Source: Candidatus Eiseniibacteriota bacterium
GTDB taxonomy: Bacteria; Eisenbacteria; RBG-16-71-46; CAZAMP01
Assembly: GCA_965224245.1 (NCBI GenBank)
Contig: OZ245046.1
Location: forward strand, 992,001 to 1,056,000
Direction of reading: 5' to 3'
Length of the DNA stretch: 64,000 bases
A program made the translations under genes and the position numbers. This document shows positions 1 through 10,115 of this stretch, in pieces (the stretch's first letter is position 1; every line of letters starts with the position of its first letter). Below the pieces are notes generated by a model. The model saw only the letters and a program-made list of their open reading frames with translations. It did no database searches and was not told the origin of the DNA.

Positions 1-2
1 GT

Positions 3-2426
3 CGCCTGGACGTGATCGACGTCACCGATGGTTCGAGTCCGGCGGTCGTGCTCAGTGTCACCGATCCCGCGATGCGGGTGTGGGACGTCGACGTGTCCGG
101 AGATCTCGCCTACGTCGCGGATGCGGATGGGGGATTCCGGATCGTGGACGTTGCCGCCCCGGTGATGCTCCAGCGGGGTGGTGTGACCCTGGCGTCGGAT
201 CCGGTGGACATCGACGTCGTGGGGGACCACGCGTTCATCGCCGCGTATGATCTCGACGTCGTGGACGTCTCCGATCCGGACATGCCGGTGAGACATGCCG
301 CCACCGCCGTGGAACGGGGAATCTCGGCACGTGCGGTCCGCGTCTACGGTGACTATGCTTACGTGGGTCTGGCCGGAGTCGGGCTTGCCGTATACGACAT
401 CTCGGATCCGATGAGCGCATCGATGATCACGTTCCGGCCCTTCGCACAGGACATCGAGGCGATGGTGATCGACGGAGATCATCTGTTCGCCGCCGATACC
501 TTCGATGGTCTGGTCATCGTGGATCTGGCGAACGCGCCGTCCCCCTCGGTCGAAGGGACGATCTGGACCGGTGCCAACCCACTCGGCGTGGCCGTCGCCG
601 GGAACCGAGCCTACGTGGTGGATGACGTCGGTTCACTCACGGTCGTCGACGTCACCGATCCAGCGGCCCCCGTCATTCTCGATGGGTTCAGCTGGCTCGG
701 ACAGGTATTCGTGAATCTGGACGTTCATGGCAACCGGGCCCACGTCTGCGTGCACAATCCCGTCAGTACGTACGGAAGGGTGGCCACCTTCGGGATCACC
801 GCGGAGTCACCGACCCTCCTGGAGACCTATGGCGGATCTCAGGAGTTCGCGGAGCAGGTTGCGAACGCCGTGACGCTGGCCGGTCAGCACTCGTACGTGG
901 CTGCCCACAACGACCTGAACGATGAAGGGGGGCTGGAGATCTACGACCTCACGGTTGCTCCGGCCGTCAACGTGGACCGGGCCATTCTCGGCTACTCGAC
1001 GGACGTCGCCATTCAAGGAGATCATGCGTACGTCACACGGTGGAACGTCGCGCCGGGCGTCGCCGGCCTCGATGTCGTGCAGGTGTATCAGCGATCCTTC
1101 GAGAGTGACTCGTCCCGGACACAGTCCCTGACCGTGGCCGCGCCCCCCGAGGGTGACATCGTTCGTGTGAGACTCGAGGCGACGGAGACGGGCTCGCTCG
1201 ACTGGTACGTCACCGCGTCTGGCTCGAGCTGGACCGCGATCGAGCCGGGGGAGGGCTGGCACGGTTTGTCTCCCGGGATTGGACGGGATCTGCGGTGGCG
1301 CTCCGAGCATGTGCTGACGGATCTGACGGTCAGTCCGAGCTGCCAGCAGCTGACGCTCGACTGGCTGCTCGATGCCGCCCCGCTGAATGCGGTCGACGAC
1401 GTGCCCGACGATCAGGGCGGCTGGGTCAGGCTGAACATCAGCCGATCGGGGTATGACTTCGCCGATGAGACGCTGTTTCCGGTCACGGGTTACCAGGTGT
1501 ACCGGAGGGTCGACGACGTTTCCAGGCAGGCGGTCCTGGCGAATGCTCCCTCGGCGACGGCCTCGACGCTCATGGGCACACCCGTGCTCGCATCGCTCGG
1601 CCAGGCGTCCATCCGCCGATACGATGGACGCGACCACGTCGTGGGTGAACTCGTGCAATCGGGCGAGTTCCCACCCGGCGCCTGGGAGCTACTCGAGTTC
1701 CATGCCGCGACCCAGCAGCCGGACTACACGATACTGGCGCCCACCGTCGGCGACTCGACCGCGACCGGCGGCATCGACTGGTCGGTGTACCTCGTCACCA
1801 CGCACACGACCACACCGTCCGTGTGGTTCGCCAGTCAGCCCGACAGCGGCTACTCGGTGGACGACGTCGCGCCCGGTGTGCCGTCGGGTCTCGCTCTGGC
1901 GGGCATGGAGCTTTCCTGGGATGCCGCGCCGGAAGACGACTTCCAGTACCACACGGTCTACGGCTCGGAGAGCCCGACCTTCGAGGAGACGGCGACGCTC
2001 ATCGACCACACCGTGGATCCGATGTACGACGTATCCGGATCACTCTTCGGCTACTACCACGTGACGACCACCGATCATGCCGGCAACGAGGGCGAGGCGG
2101 CGAGCGTGGAAGGCATGCTCCTCTCATCGCCGGTCGTCCCGATCCCGACTTCATTTGCGGTGTCGACGGCCGGAGCGAATCCGTTCGGGAGCCGAGCGTC
2201 GCTATCGATGGCCCTCCCCGAGCCATCGAGCGTGCGGGTGGTGGTCCATGACGTCGGGGGACGCGTCGTACGGACCCTGGCGGAAGGAGCATACGCGGCC
2301 GGCTATCACTCGATCGTGTGGGATGCACGCGACGATGACGGCAGGCCCGTCGGCCCGGGCGTCTATTTCGCCCGGATCAAGGCCGGGGAGCACCAGGCGG
2401 TGCAGCGGCTCACGATGATCCGGTAG
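3..2426 (+). CDS. LVIVD-repeat secreted protein with FN3-like linker and FlgD-Ig/T9SS-like CTD (5' partial)
   Basis: Repeats of DVxVxGxxAYVAD..GLxIVDVSDP, a DVPDDQGGWVRL..RSGYDF module, and a C-terminus NPFG..VVVHDVGGRVVRTL..WDARDDDGRPVGPGVYF. The frame is open to the window edge. Confidence 0.9.
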   Translation, partial: RLDVIDVTDGSSPAVVLSVTDPAMRVWDVDVSGDLAYVADADGGFRIVDVAAPVMLQRGGVTLASDPVDIDVVGDHAFIAAYDLDVVDVSDPDMPVRHAATAVERGISARAVRVYGDYAYVGLAGVGLAVYDISDPMSASMITFRPFAQDIEAMVIDGDHLFAADTFDGLVIVDLANAPSPSVEGTIWTGANPLGVAVAGNRAYVVDDVGSLTVVDVTDPAAPVILDGFSWLGQVFVNLDVHGNRAHVCVHNPVSTYGRVATFGITAESPTLLETYGGSQEFAEQVANAVTLAGQHSYVAAHNDLNDEGGLEIYDLTVAPAVNVDRAILGYSTDVAIQGDHAYVTRWNVAPGVAGLDVVQVYQRSFESDSSRTQSLTVAAPPEGDIVRVRLEATETGSLDWYVTASGSSWTAIEPGEGWHGLSPGIGRDLRWRSEHVLTDLTVSPSCQQLTLDWLLDAAPLNAVDDVPDDQGGWVRLNISRSGYDFADETLFPVTGYQVYRRVDDVSRQAVLANAPSATASTLMGTPVLASLGQASIRRYDGRDHVVGELVQSGEFPPGAWELLEFHAATQQPDYTILAPTVGDSTATGGIDWSVYLVTTHTTTPSVWFASQPDSGYSVDDVAPGVPSGLALAGMELSWDAAPEDDFQYHTVYGSESPTFEETATLIDHTVDPMYDVSGSLFGYYHVTTTDHAGNEGEAASVEGMLLSSPVVPIPTSFAVSTAGANPFGSRASLSMALPEPSSVRVVVHDVGGRVVRTLAEGAYAAGYHSIVWDARDDDGRPVGPGVYFARIKAGEHQAVQRLTMIR

Positions 2427-2594
2427 AGCCGGCACGGCACCTCACGGCCTACGCGTGATCTCGTGCGTCACCTGGAGCCGTTGCGGATCTGTATCTGCGT
2501 CGTATCAGACCTGGACCGGCCGGCGATCACGAGGCTCCCGGTTTGATATACTCGAGCTGCGCCCGATCGACGATGCCCACACCGGGAGATCCAC

Positions 2595-5500
2595 ATGCCC
2601 GATCGAGCCGCTTTCTTGCTCGCCGTCTTCGTTGCTGCACTTCCGATCACATCGACCGGCGAACCTCTCTCCTACGTCGAGGACTTCACGAGCACGGCGT
2701 TTCGTGACGCGTTCGGCACCACGGCATATTGGGACCCGGTGGCGGGCGAGCTTGGACTCTATCCGTTCGTCGCCAGCTCCATCGGCTCCGCAGCCACGAA
2801 CGAGAGCGCCGTCGACCTGTGGGTGAGTGGTGACCACCTGTACGTCGCCGACGAGTCTGCCGGACTGACCGTTCTGAGCATCGTGGTCGCGTCGAGTCCG
2901 ACCGTGGTCGGCGCCGTCGACACGCCCGGGCTTGCCCAGGCGCTGGCGGGCCAGGGAAACCACGTCTTTCTCGGTGACGGGGAGTCGGGCCTGGCGGTGA
3001 TCGACGTCGCCGATCCGACGAGCCCCACGATCGTGGGATCGATCGACACGCCGGGAGTCGCCGCCGACGTCGCCGTCGACGGTAATCATGCGTACGTGGC
3101 GGACTCGGGATCCGGGCTACAGATCGTGGAGGTGTCGGCACCATCCGGACCCACCATCGTGGGGGCGGTGGTGATCCCCGGCACATCGCTGGGGGTTCTC
3201 GTCGCCGGAGACATCGCGTACGTCGGAGCCGGCGATTCCGGAGTGCAGGTCGTGGACATCTCCGATCCCACGATGCCGAGCCTCGTCGGCTCGGTCGACA
3301 CGCCCGGTACCGCGCGCGGGCTTGCCGTCTCAGGTGACCGACTCTACGTCGCGGATGGGAGCGCCGGGCTCCGGGTCGTGAATGTCTCCTCTCCCGCGAG
3401 CCCCGTCATCGAGGGAGCCGTGGCCACGCCCGACGTGGCTCATGACGTTCGCGTCTCGGGGCGCCGGGCCTTCGTGGCGACCGGGAGCTCGGGGCTCCAG
3501 ATCGTCGACGTCACCGATCCTGGCAACCCGGTCATCGTGGATGCGCAGGACACTCCGGGCGACGCTCGTGCCCTCGCGATGTCCGGGCACCTCGCGTACG
3601 TGGCGGACTCGGGTTCGGGGCTCGACGTGATCGAGATCGAGATGGCGATCCCACTCACGTCTCTCTCGAACTACGACACGTCGGGCAGCGCCACGTCGAT
3701 CGTCGTATCGGGAGACGTCGCCTTCGTGGCGGACTATGGGGCTGGGATCGTCACGCTCGACGTCTCCGATCCGTCGGTGCCGATGCTCCTCGACAGCTAC
3801 GACACCCCCAACGTGGCACGGGATCTCGCCCTCTCGGGCGATGTGGCGTACGTCGCCGACGGGACGAGCCTCGTCGTGCTGGACGTCTCCGACCCTACGA
3901 ACCTCACGCTGCTCGGCACGTACGCCGGCAACGCGCAGGACGTGGCGATCTCCGGGAACACGGCGTACGTGGCGGACGGAGGCAACACCCTTCTCGTTCT
4001 CGACGTCTCGGATCCGAGCGTGCCCACGCTGGTCGGTAGCCTTCCGGGAATCGGCGCCGACGGAGTCGCCGTCGCCGGCGACGTCGCGTATGTCGCAAGT
4101 GATTCGGGGCTATCGTCCGTGGACGTGTCGGTTCCATCCTCACCGGTTCTACTCGGGAGCCTCGCCACGGCCGACTGGGCGCGCAAGGTCACGATCTCCG
4201 GGGATGTCGCCTACGTGGCGGCGCGGGACGCCGGCCTTCTGGCCATCGACGTGTCCGATCCTGCCGCGCTCGCATTCCTCGGCGCCTACGACACACCCGG
4301 CTCTGCACTTGGAGTCGCCGTTGCCGGCGACCTTGCCTTGGTGGCGGACTGGACCCGGGGGCTGGTCACGCTCGACGTCACCGATCCCACGTCGCCGACA
4401 CTGGCGCAGTCCTTCGAAACGCCGGGTAGCTCCTGGAACGTCGCGACGTCAGGAGACGACGTCTTTCTCGCCGATGGGAACTCCGGCCTCTACGTGCTCC
4501 AGGGGGCGCAGCGAGAACTCGATCCGCTCCGCAACGAAGGTCTGTCCATTCCGATCGATACCTCGAGCGAGAACGTGGCGTGGGTCCGGGTTTCGGCTAT
4601 GCAGGTCGGCGCGGTCACCTGGGAGATCAGCGCGGATGGTGGGAGCAGCTGGCTCTTCGTGAGTCCGCACGGAGGGTGGTCACGACTCCCGGACCCCGGC
4701 AGCGATCTGGTCTGGCACTCGAGTCACACCTGGGTTCCCACGCCCGGCCCGGACATCAACCCCACGGTTTCTCACCTTCAGATCGACTGGTATCACCAGG
4801 CCGCTTCGATCGACTCGATCGTGGACGTGCCCGAGGATCAGGGAGGTTGGGTTCGGCTCTACTTCACGCGATCGGGGTACGACTTCGAAGAGGAGTGGAT
4901 GACTCCGATCACGACCTACGTGGTGCAGCGGCGGGTGGACGATGCACAGCTCGTCTCGAGGGTTCGCACGGAGAGCCTCCCGCTCTCGACAGAGGCACCG
5001 CCACGGGTTCCGGCTCCGGACGTGGGAGCGGCTCCGGGAGGCGTCGATCGGACGTGGCGCCGACTCGAGGAGCGCGTCTTTTTCGAGGCCGTCGAAAGCA
5101 GGGCATCGGGCGGGGAGGCGGACGTCTGGGAGATCCTGGGCAGCTTCCCGGCCTTCAACGAGGAGAACTACGTCTATCTGGCGCCCACGGTGGCGGATTC
5201 CTCGGAGACGCTGCGGTACTCCGTCTATCGGGTGACGGCGCATACGGAGGTGCCGTCCGTCTGGTTCGCGAGCCTTCCCGACAGTGGCTATTCCGTGGAC
5301 AACATCGCTCCGAGCGTTCCGACCGGGCTCGCGCTCGTGGGCAACGACCTCTCGTGGGATGCCGCACCGGAATCAGACTTCGAGTACCACACCGTGTACG
5401 GATCGGCGGCTGCGGAGCTAGACCCGACGGCGACGGTGATCGGCTACACGGTCGTGCAGACGTTCGACGTGAGCGGTGAGTCTCACGCGTACTACCACGT

Positions 5501-5864
5501 GACGACGTCGGATCACGTGGGCAACGAGTCGGGTGCGGCCAGCGTCGAGGGTGATCTGCTTTCCTCGCCCGATGCGTTGCCACCCTCGGCGTTCGTGGTG
5601 TCGGCACCGGGACCGAACCCGTTCCGCGGCCATACGTCGCTGTCGATCGCGCTCCCCGAGGCAGGGAAGATGCGGATTGTCGTCTACGACACGAGTGGGC
5701 GAGCGGTGCGGACGCTGGTGGATGAAACATACACGGCAGCAGTCCATCGCGTGGTCTGGGACGGCCGCGACGATGGCGCATGGCTCGTCGGTCCGGGGGT
5801 CTATTTCGCGCGGATCACGGCGGGTACGTCCAGGGCCGAGCGTCGTCTCACGCTCATCAGATGA
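2595..5864 (+). CDS. LVIVD-repeat secreted protein with FlgD-Ig/T9SS-like CTD
   Basis: GGGAG RBS, signal peptide, many LVIVD repeats, and the same C-terminal cassette as 3..2426 and 56789..60073. Confidence 0.92.
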   Translation: MPDRAAFLLAVFVAALPITSTGEPLSYVEDFTSTAFRDAFGTTAYWDPVAGELGLYPFVASSIGSAATNESAVDLWVSGDHLYVADESAGLTVLSIVVASSPTVVGAVDTPGLAQALAGQGNHVFLGDGESGLAVIDVADPTSPTIVGSIDTPGVAADVAVDGNHAYVADSGSGLQIVEVSAPSGPTIVGAVVIPGTSLGVLVAGDIAYVGAGDSGVQVVDISDPTMPSLVGSVDTPGTARGLAVSGDRLYVADGSAGLRVVNVSSPASPVIEGAVATPDVAHDVRVSGRRAFVATGSSGLQIVDVTDPGNPVIVDAQDTPGDARALAMSGHLAYVADSGSGLDVIEIEMAIPLTSLSNYDTSGSATSIVVSGDVAFVADYGAGIVTLDVSDPSVPMLLDSYDTPNVARDLALSGDVAYVADGTSLVVLDVSDPTNLTLLGTYAGNAQDVAISGNTAYVADGGNTLLVLDVSDPSVPTLVGSLPGIGADGVAVAGDVAYVASDSGLSSVDVSVPSSPVLLGSLATADWARKVTISGDVAYVAARDAGLLAIDVSDPAALAFLGAYDTPGSALGVAVAGDLALVADWTRGLVTLDVTDPTSPTLAQSFETPGSSWNVATSGDDVFLADGNSGLYVLQGAQRELDPLRNEGLSIPIDTSSENVAWVRVSAMQVGAVTWEISADGGSSWLFVSPHGGWSRLPDPGSDLVWHSSHTWVPTPGPDINPTVSHLQIDWYHQAASIDSIVDVPEDQGGWVRLYFTRSGYDFEEEWMTPITTYVVQRRVDDAQLVSRVRTESLPLSTEAPPRVPAPDVGAAPGGVDRTWRRLEERVFFEAVESRASGGEADVWEILGSFPAFNEENYVYLAPTVADSSETLRYSVYRVTAHTEVPSVWFASLPDSGYSVDNIAPSVPTGLALVGNDLSWDAAPESDFEYHTVYGSAAAELDPTATVIGYTVVQTFDVSGESHAYYHVTTSDHVGNESGAASVEGDLLSSPDALPPSAFVVSAPGPNPFRGHTSLSIALPEAGKMRIVVYDTSGRAVRTLVDETYTAAVHRVVWDGRDDGAWLVGPGVYFARITAGTSRAERRLTLIR

Positions 5865-6003
5865 GCCCCGAGCCAGTCACCGACCCGGTACTGGTCAACC
5901 TCTCGACTGGTCCGAGTCCATCCGCTCCTGGTATGGTTGGGTTTTGCAGCATGCGAAGTGGCTGTCACTGAAGTCGATTCCGAAAGTGGTGAGGACCGGT
6001 GGG

Positions 6004-6741
6004 ATGGTGAGACAGACACGCGCCAGTGGCATGAGGTGGATGGCCCCGGCGGCGCTGCTGGCCACGACGACACCCCATGCGGCGATGGCCGAGGGCACCA
6101 TCGACCCGCTTCTGCACGGCATCGCGACGGTCCTGGCCCTCGGCGACGAGACGGGCGGTAGCAGCTCCGATTTCGTGGCCTGGGGCTCTTTCGCCGTGAC
6201 GCGGACCGACTCGCTGATCGTGGGGTCTGATCGAGTCGACGCCACCGCATTCGTCAGTGCGACGATCGAGCCATCTCGGGCTCACATCGTGATGGACGAG
6301 TCGGTGGACGCGGACGTGGCGCAGTCGACCGAGACGCCTCACCTGGCGCGTGCCACGACGAGCACGTCGTTCCAGCTGGAGGTGGACGAGCCCACCGAGT
6401 TTCGTCTTCTCGGCACCCTCCACGTCGACAGCCCGCCGGGGCACGTCCGGATCAGCATTCGGGATCAGGGGACGGACGAGTACGTCGTTCGCATGCTCTT
6501 CGACGAGCCTGTCGACGATCAGGACGTCGATCTGACCGGGTACCTGGAGCCGGGTGTGTACACGATGAGGCTCGCGGCCACGGCGAGCGTCACCCACGAG
6601 ACACCGGAGCGATCGTCGATCACGGGCGTCGACGTCATCTTCGAGTACGTCCTACCGAACACCCCCGTCCGAACACTGTCCTGGGGGGGTATCAAGCGGA
6701 TCCACCAGGGACACGCGGTCGGGTCGCCCGATACGCGCTGA
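6004..6741 (+). CDS. Secreted hypothetical protein with C-terminal TPVRTLSWGGIKRIH tail
   Basis: 3' part of ORF 5533..6741. Start is probably ATG 6004 or 6031, ahead of the signal-like MAPAALLATTTPHAAMA. Beta-rich body; tail motif at 6661-6705. Confidence 0.75.
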   Translation: MVRQTRASGMRWMAPAALLATTTPHAAMAEGTIDPLLHGIATVLALGDETGGSSSDFVAWGSFAVTRTDSLIVGSDRVDATAFVSATIEPSRAHIVMDESVDADVAQSTETPHLARATTSTSFQLEVDEPTEFRLLGTLHVDSPPGHVRISIRDQGTDEYVVRMLFDEPVDDQDVDLTGYLEPGVYTMRLAATASVTHETPERSSITGVDVIFEYVLPNTPVRTLSWGGIKRIHQGHAVGSPDTR

Positions 6742-6858
6742 CCGGAAGTGCCGCCAGGACCCGATCGGCGCGAATTGAGGCCTCGAGCCCACACGCGGTA
6801 CAATCCACCGACAGACCTCGCAAACGCGCCCCGCACTCACCCCCGTGGAGGCAAGACA

Positions 6859-9114
6859 ATGAGGTCGTATTGCGCGTCCGCACTCCTGATGTTGCTGATT
6901 CCGGCCCCGGCGTTCTCCCAGGACTGCATCGATTTCGGCGACTATCTGCGCTGGACGGGTAGCACGAGCTTGTCAGGGAACCCCAGTGACGTCCTCATCT
7001 CGGGCGATCATCTGTTCGTCACCGGCGCATTCGGCTTGCAGGTGTTCGATGTCTCCAGTCCGGAGGATCCGTTCATCGTGGGAACCGGAGCCCCGGGGGG
7101 CACTCTCGCAGTGGATGTCTGGGGCACGATCGCATACCTCGCCAAGGGCGACTCGGGTCTCATGCTGGTGGATGTCTCGGATCCGGCGAGTCCTCAGGTC
7201 GTCGGCAGCATCGACACCGCCATGTTCATCTGGACCGCGGACGACGTTGCCGTCTCCGGTTCTCACGCCTACGTGGCGAACTACTACTTCGACCTGACCG
7301 AGTTGAGCTACTCGTACAGCCTGCAGGTGATCGACGTCACGAATCCGGAGGATCCACAGATCGTCGGAAGCGTGGACACGCCCCGTGGGGCCACGCGGGT
7401 CACGGTCTCGGGCAATCACGCTTACCTGGCCGACGGCACGGGGCTGCAGATCGTCGACATCACCGACCCGACGGCCCCACAGCTCGCGGGCACCGCGGAT
7501 ACGCCGGGACTGGCCGTCGACGTGGCTGTCTCCGGCTCCGCCTCCCATGCCTACGTCGCGGACTCGGAGTCCGGGCTACAGGTCGTCGACGTTGCGGACC
7601 CCGTGAACCCGGTGATCGTCTCCGGCGTGGACACGCCATGGCCACTTGCCGTCAGCAGGGTCGCCGTATCAGGTAGCCGCGCCTTCGTGACGGAGGACTT
7701 CACCGGCTCCGGACTGGAGATCGGCGGACTGAAGGTGATCGACGTCGCGGATCCGGCGTCTCCGAACATCATCGGCAGCGTGGGCATGCTCGGAGTCGGG
7801 ACCGGCGTGACCGTGGCGGGGAGCAGCGCCTTCATCGCAGCGGCGTCCGACCCGTACTTCGACGCCAGTCTGCAGATAATCGACATCACGAGCCCCGAGA
7901 GCGTGCCCTTCGTCGGAGTCCTGAATACGCCAGGAGATGCCACCGACGTGTACGTGTCGGGTGAACGCGCCTACTTGACGGCCAGCCCCACGTACAACGT
8001 CACGAGCCTGCAGGTCGTCGACATCTCGTTGCCCCAGAATCCCCAGCTACTCGGCGCCGTGGACATGCCGGGCCTGGCCCGCAACGTCGCGGTCTGGGGT
8101 GACCATGCCTACGCGGCCGCGGACTCCGGTCTGTACGTGCTGGATGTGACCGTCTCCACAGACCCCCAGCTCGTGGCACATCTGGATGCGACCGACCAGC
8201 TTCGTGACGTGGCGGTCCTCGGCGCCTACGCCTTTCTCGCGGATCGGGACTTCGGCTTTCGGGTGGTCGACGTCTCTGAGCCCGAGGATCCTCAGCTCGC
8301 CTTCAGCCTGGCCACACCCGGGTCGGCCAGGGGAGTGGCCGTGCAGGATACGTACGCGTACGTCACGGACGGTGACCATGGCCTGCAGGTGATCGACATT
8401 TCGATCCCGGAGTCCCCCTGGATCGCCGGCAACGTGATCACCCCGGGATCGGCTACAGGGGTCGCGGTCTTCGAGTCCCATGCCTACGTCACCGACTCGG
8501 TTTCCGGACTGCAGCTCATCGACATCAGCGATCCGGAGCTCCCTCACATCATCAGCGCGGTGGATACGCCGTCGCATGGCGGGCGGGTGGCGCTCTCGAG
8601 ATTGCATGCCTACGTGTCGGACGGCATCACCGGTCTCCACATCATCGACGTCGCCGTTCCCGAGGCCCCGCTACTCGTGGCCAGCGTGGACATGCCGGGG
8701 GCCGCCGGCGGGGTCGCCCTCAGCCCCGAACATGTCCACGTCGCGCAGGCTCACCCGTACTTCGACTCGGGTCTGAGGGTGTTCGCGCGCGACTGCGGAG
8801 ACCTGAGTGCAACGTCCTCCGAGGTGCCGGCCATGGGGACTCGCCTCCTCACGGCTCATCCCAATCCGTTCAATCCCCGGACGACGATCGGCTTCGTGCT
8901 GCCGGAAGCGACCACGGTCAGTCTTCGCGTGTTCGACGTTTCCAGCCGGATGGTACACGTCATTCTGGAGAACGAGGCTGCTCCGGCTGGGCAGCACGAG
9001 GTGGTCTGGAATGGCAGGGACGAGTCGGGTCGCCAGCTAGCGTCGGGGACTTACTTCTATCGCCTCGAGGCCGTGGGCTACGCGGAGACCAGGAGCGTGG
9101 TGCTCGTGAGGTGA
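6859..9114 (+). CDS. LVIVD-repeat secreted protein with FlgD-Ig/T9SS-like CTD
   Basis: GGAGG RBS before ATG 6859, signal peptide MRSYCASALLMLLIPAPAFS, LVIVD repeats, and a PNPFNPRTTI..WNGRDESGRQLASGTYFYRL CTD. Confidence 0.92.
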   Translation: MRSYCASALLMLLIPAPAFSQDCIDFGDYLRWTGSTSLSGNPSDVLISGDHLFVTGAFGLQVFDVSSPEDPFIVGTGAPGGTLAVDVWGTIAYLAKGDSGLMLVDVSDPASPQVVGSIDTAMFIWTADDVAVSGSHAYVANYYFDLTELSYSYSLQVIDVTNPEDPQIVGSVDTPRGATRVTVSGNHAYLADGTGLQIVDITDPTAPQLAGTADTPGLAVDVAVSGSASHAYVADSESGLQVVDVADPVNPVIVSGVDTPWPLAVSRVAVSGSRAFVTEDFTGSGLEIGGLKVIDVADPASPNIIGSVGMLGVGTGVTVAGSSAFIAAASDPYFDASLQIIDITSPESVPFVGVLNTPGDATDVYVSGERAYLTASPTYNVTSLQVVDISLPQNPQLLGAVDMPGLARNVAVWGDHAYAAADSGLYVLDVTVSTDPQLVAHLDATDQLRDVAVLGAYAFLADRDFGFRVVDVSEPEDPQLAFSLATPGSARGVAVQDTYAYVTDGDHGLQVIDISIPESPWIAGNVITPGSATGVAVFESHAYVTDSVSGLQLIDISDPELPHIISAVDTPSHGGRVALSRLHAYVSDGITGLHIIDVAVPEAPLLVASVDMPGAAGGVALSPEHVHVAQAHPYFDSGLRVFARDCGDLSATSSEVPAMGTRLLTAHPNPFNPRTTIGFVLPEATTVSLRVFDVSSRMVHVILENEAAPAGQHEVVWNGRDESGRQLASGTYFYRLEAVGYAETRSVVLVR

Positions 9115-9175
9115 AAGGGAAGCAGCCCGTCGAGAGACACCGCTCGGTTGGTGAGTGATGACCGTGCGCCGGTTC

Positions 9176-9308
9176 GCTCGAGGATCCCGGATACGACGTG
9201 TCGGGAAGTCCGTACGCGTACTACCACGTGACGACGACCGATCACGGTGGCAACGAGGGGGAGGCCGCGAGCATCGACGGCGAGCTGCTCTCGTCGGCTG
9301 ATGATGGG
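9176..9308 (+). pseudogene. Orphan fragment of an LVIVD-protein C-terminal linker
   Basis: Translates LEDPGYDVSGSPYAYYHVTTTDHGGNEGEAASIDGELLSSADDG, matching VDPMYDVSGSLFGYYHVTTTDHAGNEGEAASVEG (about 2013-2115) and paralogous segments near 5460 and 59670. No start codon and no CTD follows. Confidence 0.8.
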
Positions 9309-9351
9309 CGGCCGCCGGGAGGCGAGCACGAGTTTACGACGATCCGGCGAG

Positions 9352-9747
9352 CTACTGGGTCTCGGTCCTGAAGTTCATCGTTCCGCTCGCATCGTGAAAC
9401 GTGAGACCGATCGTCCACACGCCGGCCACTCCCTCGGCACTCATCTCACTGCCGCTGGCCTTGAGAGCGCTCGAGTAGACCTGCGTACCGTCGGCGTCGA
9501 GCAGCGTCATGGATGCGGTGCCTCCCGACAGGGCCGAGGAGTGATCGATGGATACGCGCGAGCCGGCACTCTGCCACGTGTATGACAGGATCGTGCTCAC
9601 GTTCGTCGCGTCGGTGACCTGGAACTGAAACGTCCCGGGCTCGTTCACGATCTCCGGCTCGAACTGATCGAGCGAGCTGGTCGTGGTGTCGCCGGAGCAG
9701 CCGGCCACCAGCAGGGCGGCCGCGAGGGTCGCGAGGAGTTTTCGCAT
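9352..9747 (-). CDS. Small lipoprotein, hypothetical
   Basis: Lipobox MRKLLATLAAALLVAG-C followed by a beta-rich mature domain. Confidence 0.85.
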   Translation of the reverse strand: MRKLLATLAAALLVAGCSGDTTTSSLDQFEPEIVNEPGTFQFQVTDATNVSTILSYTWQSAGSRVSIDHSSALSGGTASMTLLDADGTQVYSSALKASGSEMSAEGVAGVWTIGLTFHDASGTMNFRTETQ

Positions 9748-10115
9748 GGTTCCCATCCCTCGTGGGGGGTAATGGCGTTCGTTCTCCCCCTTTCGGCAGG
9801 TTGCCCACCGTTTCCGAGGACTGAATCGCCCGATGGCGGACGACGGCCGACGTGGGTCCTGATGGCGCAGCGCACCCGTCCATCGTGAGGCAGCGGCTGC
9901 CCGATGACGAACCCTAACGCGGTCACGCGCTCCAGAGCGTAGGGGGACTTCCTGTTTGGAATGGCGTTCGGTTGATCCGGTGTGGGGTGGTGAGGTGCAG
10001 CCTCTCGCCCGTCATCTTCACCGTGATCCATTGAGGTCCACCCGAGCGTGACGGAGCCTCGGGCAGTTGCGGCGCATCGATTGGCGGAAGCACTGACGCC
10101 AACTTCGGTGGCGCG

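Noticed and set aside
9176-9308. Possible DGR template repeat for the LVIVD proteins
   Set aside because: Differences from the three gene copies are not adenine-specific, and there is no reverse transcriptase in the window.
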